From Methylomarinovum caldicuralii (lineage in GTDB: Bacteria > Pseudomonadota > Gammaproteobacteria > Methylococcales > Methylothermaceae): a DNA stretch of 32,000 nucleotides. The notes under the pieces were generated by a model. The model was not told the origin of the DNA. It did not search any database and was given only the letters and a program-made list of their open reading frames with translations. The stretch covers positions 1,472,990 to 1,504,989 of the forward strand of contig NZ_AP024714.1 in the NCBI RefSeq assembly GCF_033126985.1, written 5' to 3'. Made by a program: the position numbers and the translations under genes. Shown piece by piece: positions 8,524 to 15,478 of the stretch; the stretch's first letter is position 1, and every line of letters begins with the position of its first letter.

Positions 8524-9450
8524 ATGAAAGCCCTGAAACTGCAAAACCTTCGCAAGGTCTACGACAACGGCTTCGAGGCCCTCAAGGGCATCGATCTGGA
8601 GGTGGAGGCCGGTGACTTTTTCGCGCTCCTCGGCCCCAACGGCGCCGGCAAGTCCACCACCATCGGCATCGTCACCTCGCTGGTGACCAAGACAGCGGGA
8701 AAGGTGGAAATCTGCGGCCACGATCTCGACCGCGAACCGGATGCGGCCAAGCGCTGTCTCGGGCTGGTGCCCCAGGAAATTAACTTCAACCAGTTCGAGA
8801 AGGTCGGCCGGATCGTCCTCAATCAGGCCGGTTATTACGGCGTGCCGCGGCGGCAGGCGCGCCGTCGCATGGAGGAAGTGCTCAAGAAGCTCGATCTCTG
8901 GGACCGGCGCGACGAGGTGTCGCGGCGGCTGTCCGGCGGGATGAAACGGCGGCTGATGATCGCCCGGGCTTTGGTGCACTGTCCCCGGGTGCTGATCCTC
9001 GACGAGCCGACCGCCGGGGTGGACATCGAAATCCGCTATTCCATGTGGGAATTTCTGCGCCGACTCAACCAGGAAGGCACCACCATCATTCTGACCACCC
9101 ATTATCTCGAGGAGGCCGAGCGGCTGTGCCGCCACGTGGCCATCATTGATCACGGCCGCATCGTCGAGTCCACGTCCATGAAGCGGCTGCTGGCCCAGCT
9201 GGAATATCACCGCTATCTGCTGGAACTGCGTAATCCGCCGCAGGCCATCCCGGAGATTCCGGGTTACCGGATCGAGGCGATGGAGGCCAATGTCTGGGCG
9301 GTGGAGGTGCCGCGTTCCCAGGGGCTGAACCCGCTGTTCGCCGCCCTGAACCGGTTGGGTCTGGAGGTGATCGACATCCGTCCCACCAGCAACCGCCTGG
9401 AACAGCTGTTTTTCCAGCGCGTCCGCCAAAGGGCAGGGGAGGCGGCCTGA
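8524..9450 (+). CDS. yadG: ABC transporter ATP-binding protein, YadG type (ABC-2 exporter)
   Basis: Walker A GPNGAGKST, signature LSGGMKRR, Walker B LILDEPT. Collinear similarity to E. coli YadG along the whole length as recalled (LLGPNGAGKSTTIGI, NQAGYYGV, TTIILTTHYLEEAE). Confidence 0.9.
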   Translation: MKALKLQNLRKVYDNGFEALKGIDLEVEAGDFFALLGPNGAGKSTTIGIVTSLVTKTAGKVEICGHDLDREPDAAKRCLGLVPQEINFNQFEKVGRIVLNQAGYYGVPRRQARRRMEEVLKKLDLWDRRDEVSRRLSGGMKRRLMIARALVHCPRVLILDEPTAGVDIEIRYSMWEFLRRLNQEGTTIILTTHYLEEAERLCRHVAIIDHGRIVESTSMKRLLAQLEYHRYLLELRNPPQAIPEIPGYRIEAMEANVWAVEVPRSQGLNPLFAALNRLGLEVIDIRPTSNRLEQLFFQRVRQRAGEAA

Positions 9451-10217
9451 TGAGGCAGCGCTGGATCGCCTACCGCACCCTGGCAGGAAGGGAAATCCAC
9501 CGCTTCCTGCGCATCTGGCCCCAGACCCTGCTGCCGCCCCTGGTGACCACCTCGCTGTATTTCCTGATCTTCGGGGCCCTAATGGGGCCGCGCATCGGGC
9601 CGATGGCCGGGGTGGCCTACATCGACTACATCGTCCCGGGCATCGTGCTGATGGCGGTGATCAATCATTCCTACGCCAACGTGGTGTCGTCGTTCTTCTC
9701 CGCCAAGTTCCAGCGCCACATCGAGGAAATGCTGGTGGCGCCGATGCCCAGCTGGCTGATCCTGCTCGGCTACGTGACCGGGGGCATGGCGCGGGGGCTG
9801 ACCATCGGCCTGCTGGTGGCGGGGATCGCCGCCCTGTTCACCGACCTGCAGGTGCGTCATTGGGAAATCGCCGTGGCGATGGCCCTGCTGACTTCGCTGC
9901 TGTTTTCCCTGGGCGGCCTGATCAACGCGGTCTTCGCCCGCAGCTTCGACGACATCTCCATCATTCCCAACTTCGTACTGACGCCGCTGGTCTATCTGGG
10001 CGGGGTGTTCTATTCGGTGACCCTGCTGCCGCCGCCCTGGGGCCGGCTGTCGGAATTCAACCCGATCCTCTATATGATCGACGCCTTCCGCTACGGTTTC
10101 CTGGGGGTGGCGGACGTGCCGGTGAGGCTGGCCTTCGTCATCGTGGCGGGGTTGATCGGCGTGCTGGGCCTGACCGCCTGGTGGCTGCTGCACCGCGGCG
10201 TCGGCATCAAGCACTAA
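9450..10217 (+). CDS. yadH: ABC-2 type transporter permease, YadH type
   Basis: TGATG overlap with yadG. Six hydrophobic segments. Strong similarity to E. coli YadH as recalled (EIHRF.RIW.QTL.PP, FFSAKFQR.IEE.LVAP, VLTPL.YLGGVFYS..LLPP). Confidence 0.9.
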   Translation: MRQRWIAYRTLAGREIHRFLRIWPQTLLPPLVTTSLYFLIFGALMGPRIGPMAGVAYIDYIVPGIVLMAVINHSYANVVSSFFSAKFQRHIEEMLVAPMPSWLILLGYVTGGMARGLTIGLLVAGIAALFTDLQVRHWEIAVAMALLTSLLFSLGGLINAVFARSFDDISIIPNFVLTPLVYLGGVFYSVTLLPPPWGRLSEFNPILYMIDAFRYGFLGVADVPVRLAFVIVAGLIGVLGLTAWWLLHRGVGIKH

Positions 10218-10921
10218 CCGACCAGCCGGGCCAGGGCGTCGCGGTCGAGAATCCGGACCCGTTTGCCGTCGAGCTCGATCCAGCCCTCCCGTTCGAACTG
10301 CTTGAGGGTGCGGCTGACCGTGGCCAGGGCCAGATCCAGGTGGTTTCCCAGTTCCTGGCGGGTCAGGCCGATGGAGAACTCCTCCCCGGAAAAACCGCGG
10401 AAGGCATAACGGCGGGACAGGTCGAGTAGAAAGGCGGCCAGGCGCTCCTCGGCCGGTTTCTTGATGAAGACGGTCTGGTCGCGCTGGCTGGCGAGGGCGT
10501 CGCTGGCGTGGCGCAACATTTCCCCGAGCATTGTCGGGATGCGGAAACAGATGCGGGAGATTTCCTTGGCCGGCAGCTCGCAATAGCTGACCGTGTCCAG
10601 CGCCTGGGCGGAACAGCGGTAGCGGTTGTCCGCCAGGGCATCGAAGCCGACCACTTCCCCGGGAAGCAGCACCTGGAGGATGTGTTCCTCGCCTTGGTCG
10701 TCCTGATAGATCAGCTTGGCGGTGCCGGATTTGATGGCGATCAGGCCGTGGAAAGGATCGGCGGCGCGGAACAGGAATTCTCCCTTCCGCAATGCCTTGC
10801 GGCGCTCGACCACATCTTCAAGCTGACTGACTTCCTCGCGGGTCAGCCCCCGGGGGAAGCATACGGTTCTGAAACCGCAATTGTGACAAGTGACTTGCAG
10901 TTTTTTGTGCAAAGTCGTCAT
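10214..10921 (-). CDS. fnr: FNR-type [4Fe-4S] oxygen-sensing Crp/Fnr family transcription regulator
   Basis: N-terminal C-x2-C-x5-C (C12, C15, C21) plus C114, with the same 93-residue spacing as E. coli FNR C29 to C122. cNMP-like beta-roll. C-terminal HTH LTRQELGNHLDLALATVSRTL. Ala replaces the conserved Glu of the E--SR recognition motif. Confidence 0.85.
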   Translation of the reverse strand: MTTLHKKLQVTCHNCGFRTVCFPRGLTREEVSQLEDVVERRKALRKGEFLFRAADPFHGLIAIKSGTAKLIYQDDQGEEHILQVLLPGEVVGFDALADNRYRCSAQALDTVSYCELPAKEISRICFRIPTMLGEMLRHASDALASQRDQTVFIKKPAEERLAAFLLDLSRRYAFRGFSGEEFSIGLTRQELGNHLDLALATVSRTLKQFEREGWIELDGKRVRILDRDALARLVG

Positions 10922-11051
10922 GTATCCGAGCCAGGAACGTTTCCGGGTAATGATACACGACCTGAGCGCTCAGGAAATGCTTGAAAATCGTTCGTTTCTG
11001 TCACAATATCAATCTTATACCGTTATTTTTACTATCAACTCTAAACACAAA

Positions 11052-11894
11052 ATGAACTTAAACCAAGCAGAAGAGAACCTCATTCACAGGTTTCAAGCGC
11101 TGCGGGAAGCGATCCAGGATTTCGTCGTCCAGCTGAATCAGGAAAGCCGCAGGGCCTGGGTCTTCGATCTAGCGCATCGCGAATACCACGATGCGGAGGC
11201 CAGAAGCCAATTGATCCAGATCCTGACGCGGCTGGAATATCCGGACAACCGCGATGGCCGGGAAACCGATCCCTGTCCCGGCATCATCGGGGCAGGGCCC
11301 AGGACGCTGGCGCTGGCCGGCGCCCTCAATCAGGCCCGGGATGCCTTCAAGCAGGCGGTGCTCGCGATCAACAGTCATGACAGGGAACGGTCCCGGCGCC
11401 TGATGGCCGCCCAGGGCTTTGCCCGCCTGCATTTCAAACAGCTGTACCGTCATCAGCCGATTCTGCTGCGCAAACCCTGTTCCATCCGCTTTACCTGGGG
11501 AGCGACACGCTCGATCAAGCGTATCAGCCGCCAGGAGGCCTACCGCAGGCTGACGGCGCTGGCCGGCGACGATCCATCGCCCGGTTACCTGAGACAGCTG
11601 GAGCTTCTGGCCCAGCATCCCAAGGATGAACCCATCGCCATCGTGCAGGACCTAAAACCGCATATCAAGGCCAACGTCTGCTGGATTCAGGGAAGCGGCC
11701 AGGATCGTCAGGTCATCCGCAAAATGATCAGCGCGCCGTTGGCGATTCTGATCCCGCTGGACCCGGGTGAGGACTTGCCGCAGCATAGCGCCGCCTATCC
11801 GGAGGCGCGCAAACCGAGAAAGCCGCGCGCCGATACCAGGATCGAGCGGGAGCTGTTTTTACCGTCGATCCGGGGTCACCGTTACTGCCGGTAA
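11052..11894 (+). CDS. tus: Tus-family DNA replication terminus site-binding protein homologue
   Basis: 280 aa from MNLNQ. Hand alignment to E. coli Tus (recalled) is collinear end to end. [22 protein letters not shown] aligns with RLNTTFRQMEQELAIFAAHLEQ. PGIIG aligns with [29 protein letters not shown] aligns with [53 protein letters not shown] aligns with [36 protein letters not shown] aligns with LIIPRLHLYV. The track start at 10890 would overlap fnr and adds non-homologous residues. No SD is seen before 11052. Confidence 0.7.
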   Translation: [280 protein letters not shown]

Positions 11895-11901
11895 TACTCT
11901 A

Positions 11902-11929
11902 ACTTTACATAATATACATTATGCGAACA
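11902..11929 (-). other. dif: dif, the XerC/XerD chromosome dimer resolution site
   Basis: The minus strand reads TGTTCGCATAA-TGTATA-TTATGTAAAGT against E. coli dif GGTGCGCATAA-TGTATA-TTATGTTAAAT, 24/28 identical. The central hexamer is 6/6 and each arm is 9/11. It is intergenic and is the only such site in the window. KOPS polarity converges on it. Confidence 0.85.
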
Positions 11930-12016
11930 TATAGACAGAAGACCTTGGACTCCGTCCGCCAAGCCCCCATAATTGCCCTACGGAAGCCCGATCAATAACA
12001 AAGGAGCAAGCCATCC

Positions 12017-12721
12017 ATGACCCAGTCACTGCAGGCGCTGAAAACCCACAGGGACACCGAGGACCGCCAGGCTTTCAACGAAGTCCTGCGGCAGTTTCTG
12101 CCACAGCTCAGGCCCTATGTCGCCGCCCGCCTCCGGTACGCCGAACACGCGGGCCTGATTCCCCCGCGAATGTACTTTCCCAGTGACATCGTGGACGAGA
12201 TCTATCTGGAAGTGTTCGAGCATTTCAGCGATGCCGATCTCGATCCCAAAAAACTCAAGATCAGGCTGTTCAAGCTGGCCGACGCCAAACTGGAAAAAAT
12301 CCTCAAGGAAGAAGCCCGGTGGCAGGAACGCAAGGTTCCCATCGAGGACATCGTCCGGGAGGAACTGAAATCGCTGGAGGAAATCTTCTACCCGGAGGAA
12401 ATGCTCGACGACATCGAGTACCGCCAGGACGAATACCGCCCCAAACTTCTGTTGCTGGAAGAAGGCTTCGAGGGCGACCTGCTGGACTTCCTCGAGCTGG
12501 ACCGCAGCCTGCGCCAAGAGGCCAGGAACCGCCAATTGCTCGCCCGGGCTTACGAGAGTCTGCCGCCGTTGAGCCGGATCATCCTGGAGCTGAAAGTCAA
12601 CGGCAACCTGACGGTGGAAGAGATCGCCGATGTCCGGGAGATGGATGTGGAGGAAGTCGAGGCGGGTCTGGAGGCGGTGAAAAGGCGTTTCCGCCAGGCT
12701 TTGGGGCAGGAAGCCGCTTAG
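12017..12721 (+). CDS. Sigma-70 family (ECF-like) RNA polymerase sigma factor with a long acidic sigma2-sigma4 linker
   Basis: AAGGAG about 10 nt upstream of the ATG. Region-2-like segment AFNEVLRQFLPQLRPYVAARL...DIVDEIYLEVFEHF. Region-4-like HTH LPPLSRIILELKVNGNLTVEEIADVREMDVEEVEAGLEAVKRRFRQAL. An acidic linker of about 65 aa lies between them. No anti-sigma candidate is adjacent. Confidence 0.65.
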   Translation: MTQSLQALKTHRDTEDRQAFNEVLRQFLPQLRPYVAARLRYAEHAGLIPPRMYFPSDIVDEIYLEVFEHFSDADLDPKKLKIRLFKLADAKLEKILKEEARWQERKVPIEDIVREELKSLEEIFYPEEMLDDIEYRQDEYRPKLLLLEEGFEGDLLDFLELDRSLRQEARNRQLLARAYESLPPLSRIILELKVNGNLTVEEIADVREMDVEEVEAGLEAVKRRFRQALGQEAA

Positions 12722-13800
12722 CGGGTCGCCGGCAGGAAAGGCCGGGGGTCGAGGATCGGCGCCCGCTCCAGCACCAGGTCCGCCAGCAGGCGGGCCGCAG
12801 CCGGGGCCATCACCACGCCGTTGCGGAAATGACCGCAGTCGTAATAGAGGTTGGCGACCTGGGGATGCGGCCCGATGTAGGGGATTCCCTCGGGCGCGGC
12901 AGGCCGCAGCCCGCCCCAGTGCAGCACCACCGGGAACTCCGCCAGGGCCGGAAGCATGCTCAGGGCCGCCTGGTACAGACGCCGGTAGGCCGCCGCGGTC
13001 GGCCGCTTGTCGAAACCCGCTTCCTCGACGGTACTGCCCACCAGGATATGACCGTCGTAGCGTGGAATCAGGTAATGGTCCCCCCGTTGCACCATGAGGG
13101 TCAACAGTTCCGGCGGCGCCCGGAACAGGAGCATCTGCCCTTTGACCGGCCTGATCTGCGGCTGCCAGCCTTCCGCGTGCAGCTGTGCCGACCAGGCCCC
13201 GGCGGTGACGATGAAAACATCGGCACGACAATCGCCCGCGGGGGTGCGCGCGGCGACGATGCGCTTTCCCGCCTGCCGCCATCCTGAGACCGGGGTGTGC
13301 TCCCGAATCTCCACACCCTTGGCCTGCAGCTCTTTCCTTAAGGCCTTCACCAGACGGGGGTTGCGGATCTGGGCGATGCCTTCGATCCACAAATGGCTGC
13401 CCCCGGGAGGCGGGGCCAATTGCGGGAACCGCGTCTGGATCTCGGTAGCGGTCGGGCTTTCCCAGTCGATCCCGTGGCGGCGGCACCAGGCGACCGCCTC
13501 ACGAAGATCTGCCAGATCGAGCCACAGCAGGCCGCAGCGACGGTATTGGGGATCAATCCATGTCTCCCGCCTCAAAGTCTCGGCAAGTTCCGGATAGTGC
13601 GCCTGACTCCAGAAGGACAACTGCTGGATCGGCACAGGCTGACGCCAGGGATACAGCGGCGTGAGAATGCCGCCTCCGGCCCAGGAGGCCTCCTGCCCTA
13701 CCCGGCCGCGTTCCAGAATCGTGACCTGCCAACCGGCGGCCTGCAGTTCCCGGGCGCACAACAGGCCGCTGATACCGGCACCGACGATCAGGCAATGCAT
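12718..13800 (-). CDS. thiO: FAD-dependent glycine oxidase ThiO
   Basis: N-terminal dinucleotide fold CLIVGAGISGLLCARELQAAGWQVTILE. Length and C-terminal motifs (YDCGHFRNG) are typical of ThiO and DAO-family oxidases. The ATG at 13800 lies 2 nt after the gnd stop; the track start at 13806 is TTG. Confidence 0.75.
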   Translation of the reverse strand: MHCLIVGAGISGLLCARELQAAGWQVTILERGRVGQEASWAGGGILTPLYPWRQPVPIQQLSFWSQAHYPELAETLRRETWIDPQYRRCGLLWLDLADLREAVAWCRRHGIDWESPTATEIQTRFPQLAPPPGGSHLWIEGIAQIRNPRLVKALRKELQAKGVEIREHTPVSGWRQAGKRIVAARTPAGDCRADVFIVTAGAWSAQLHAEGWQPQIRPVKGQMLLFRAPPELLTLMVQRGDHYLIPRYDGHILVGSTVEEAGFDKRPTAAAYRRLYQAALSMLPALAEFPVVLHWGGLRPAAPEGIPYIGPHPQVANLYYDCGHFRNGVVMAPAAARLLADLVLERAPILDPRPFLPATR

Positions 13801-13802
13801 GG

Positions 13803-15302
13803 TCAATCGCTGTAGATTTCCTGGCGGCTGCCGTGCCAGTCGAAGTGGAAGAATGCCCCCCGGGGGCGATCGACCCGTTCGTAGGTGTGGGCCCCGAAAT
13901 AATCCCGCTGGGCCTGGATCAGGTTCGCCGGCAGCCGCTCGCTGCGGTAGCTGTCGTAATAGGCCAGGGCCGAGGACAGGGCCGGCACGGGCAGACCACT
14001 CAGAACGGCGTCGGCGACGCTGCGGCGCCAGGCGGCATGATCCTCGCTGAGCACCCGGCGGAAATCCCCGGCGAGCAGCAGATTGGCCAGATCGGGGCTG
14101 GTGTCAAAGGCAGCGGCGATCCGATTGAGAAAGCGGGCCCGGATGATGCAGCCGCCCCGCCAGATACGGGCGATGGTGGCGAAATCGAAATGCCAGCCGT
14201 ATTTTTCCTGGGCCGCCTGCATCAGCTGGAAGCCCTGGGCATAGGCGCAGATTTTGGCGCTGTAGAGACAGCGTTCCAGCTGCCGGGTCAGGGCGTCGGG
14301 ATCGGTTGCCTGCAACGGCTGGGGTCCGTTCAGCACCCGGCTGGCCTGATGGCGCTGCTCCACCAGCGCGGCAAGGAAACGGGCGAACACGGCTTCTGCC
14401 AGCGCATTCGCCGGCACGCCCAGATCGAGGGCACTGGTGGCGGCCCACTTGCCGGTGCCTTTCTGACCGGCGGCATCGAGGATCTTGTCGATCAGATACC
14501 CTTTTCCGGCAGGATCGGGCTGACGCAGAATCTCGGCGGTGATGGCGATGAGGTAACTGGCCAAGTCCCCCTGGTTCCAGCGCGCGAAGATGTCGGCCAG
14601 CGTGGGGTTGTCGAAACCGCCGAGGTGTTTCAGCAGCCAATAGCTTTCGGCGATCAGCTGCATGTCGATGTATTCGATGCCGTTGTGGACCATCTTCACG
14701 TAGTGGCCGGCGCCGTTCTCCCCCACCCAGGCGGCGCAGGGCTCCCCTTCCCGCACCGGCTTTCCGGGCGCTGCCCCTTCGATGGGATCGCCGGTTTTCG
14801 GGTCGACCTTGGCGGCGATGTCGAGCCAGACGGGCTCGATCCGCTTCCAGGCCTCCAGGCTGCCGCCGGCCATCAGCGAGGGACCGAAGCGGGCGCCGGT
14901 TTCCCCGCCGGAAATGCCGGAGCCGACGAAGAGGATCTCCTGCCGGCGCAGTTCCCGCTCGCGGCGGATGGTGTCGAGCCAGTGGGCGTTGCCACAGTCG
15001 ATCAGGATGTCGCCGGGATCGAGGAAGGGCAGCAGGTTATCGATGGTCAGGTCGGTGGGATCGCCGGCCTTGACCAGCAGGACGATCCGGCGGGGGCGCT
15101 CGATGGCGTTGACGAAGGCCTCCAGCTCGTGAAATCCCTGCAGCCACGTCCACGAAGGTTCCCGCTGGCGGCATTCGGCGAGAAACCGGTCCGTGACCTC
15201 GGGATGGCGGTTGAACACCGCCGTCACATAGCCGTGGTCGGCCAGGTTCAGGCTCAGATTGCGCCCCATGACGCCCAGTCCCAGCACGCCGATGTCTGCC
15301 AT
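13803..15302 (-). CDS. gnd: NADP-dependent 6-phosphogluconate dehydrogenase (decarboxylating)
   Basis: Rossmann motif IGVLGLGVMGRNL and signature GAGHYVKMVHNGIEY. C-terminal RDYFGAHTYERVD. ATG 15302 is preceded by GGGAG; the track start at 15308 is TTG. Carries a short insertion (VDPKTGDPIEGAAPGKPVREGEP) relative to E. coli Gnd as recalled. Confidence 0.9.
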   Translation of the reverse strand: MADIGVLGLGVMGRNLSLNLADHGYVTAVFNRHPEVTDRFLAECRQREPSWTWLQGFHELEAFVNAIERPRRIVLLVKAGDPTDLTIDNLLPFLDPGDILIDCGNAHWLDTIRRERELRRQEILFVGSGISGGETGARFGPSLMAGGSLEAWKRIEPVWLDIAAKVDPKTGDPIEGAAPGKPVREGEPCAAWVGENGAGHYVKMVHNGIEYIDMQLIAESYWLLKHLGGFDNPTLADIFARWNQGDLASYLIAITAEILRQPDPAGKGYLIDKILDAAGQKGTGKWAATSALDLGVPANALAEAVFARFLAALVEQRHQASRVLNGPQPLQATDPDALTRQLERCLYSAKICAYAQGFQLMQAAQEKYGWHFDFATIARIWRGGCIIRARFLNRIAAAFDTSPDLANLLLAGDFRRVLSEDHAAWRRSVADAVLSGLPVPALSSALAYYDSYRSERLPANLIQAQRDYFGAHTYERVDRPRGAFFHFDWHGSRQEIYSD

Positions 15303-15371
15303 CTTCAACTCCCGGCTTGAATATTAGGTATCGATTATAAATGTATTGACTATGGACAACACGAACGAAGT

Positions 15372-15385
15372 TTGATTACAATCAA
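15372..15385. promoter_or_regulatory. Perfect FNR/ANR box TTGAT-TACA-ATCAA
   Basis: Exact match to the palindromic consensus TTGAT-N4-ATCAA, in the AT-rich divergent intergenic region. It is 70 nt from the gnd ATG and 94 nt from the ATG of the 55-codon ORF. By my estimate about 0.03 such perfect sites are expected by chance in 32 kb. Confidence 0.7.
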
Positions 15386-15478
15386 CTCCGCCGAAATTCG
15401 GCGTTTCAGATTGTAACCGATCTGGAAGTCCCGGAAACGGGAGATAACAACGAACCAACCATATATGAGGTAGGAGAA

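Noticed and set aside
8418-8555. N-terminal extensions implied by the track starts: degP (8555), tus-like (10890), thiO (13806), gnd (15308), metZ (20424), purF (21968), lolA (25494), trxB (27802) and bpt (29532).
   Set aside because: Internal starts fit better for several reasons. They give conserved N-termini: a signal peptide for degP and lolA, MCGIVG for purF, and the FAD motif for trxB. They also have SD sequences or stop-start coupling (ATGA, TGATG). The longer versions overlap neighbouring genes.
10731-10744. TTGATGGCGATCAG, a 9/10 match to the FNR box, inside the fnr coding region (a possible autoregulatory site).
   Set aside because: It lies about 180 bp inside the coding sequence (encoding LIAIKS), not in a promoter. 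It is imperfect and plausibly a by-product of codon choice. The true fnr upstream region (10922-11051) has only a lone ATCAA half-site.
10879-11009. The 9-bp palindrome TTGTGACAA at 10881-10889 and an inverted near-copy, TGTCACAAT, at about 11001-11009 in the fnr/tus-like intergenic region. I considered these as a Ter-like site (ATTGTGAC versus GTTGTAAC) or operator sites. A third TGTGACAA occurs at about 30167-30174.
   Set aside because: The first copy is inside fnr and simply encodes the conserved T-C-H-N of the Cys cluster. Matches of 8-9 bp are within chance expectation for 64 kb of two-strand sequence. The match to the E. coli Ter core is only 6/8 and lacks the position-6 G. It could still be re-examined once a real Ter motif is defined genome-wide.
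11921-11998. A 25-codon ORF (MRTYRQKTLDSVRQAPIIALRKPDQ) starting inside dif.
   Set aside because: It has no SD, its start codon is part of the XerC arm, and it has no hydrophobic or otherwise recognisable character. It is most likely the sigma gene leader.
11895-12016. A possible integrated mobile element exploiting Xer recombination (IMEX), which would leave a second, degenerate dif flanking the tus-like or sigma gene.
   Set aside because: I searched for other CATAA-N6-TTATG-like arrangements (near 11965, 22295, 27864 and 10395). None had a credible second arm or central region, and no integrase or phage genes are present.
15406-15420. TCAGATTGTAACCGA, which shares TTGTAACC with the 27.77-kb site and is oriented with its position-1 end toward dif (the fork-trap-consistent orientation).
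   Set aside because: Only 9/15 positions match E. coli TerB positions 6-20, with mismatches at both G6 and G10. A 7-8 nt shared word in AT-rich intergenic DNA is not significant on its own.
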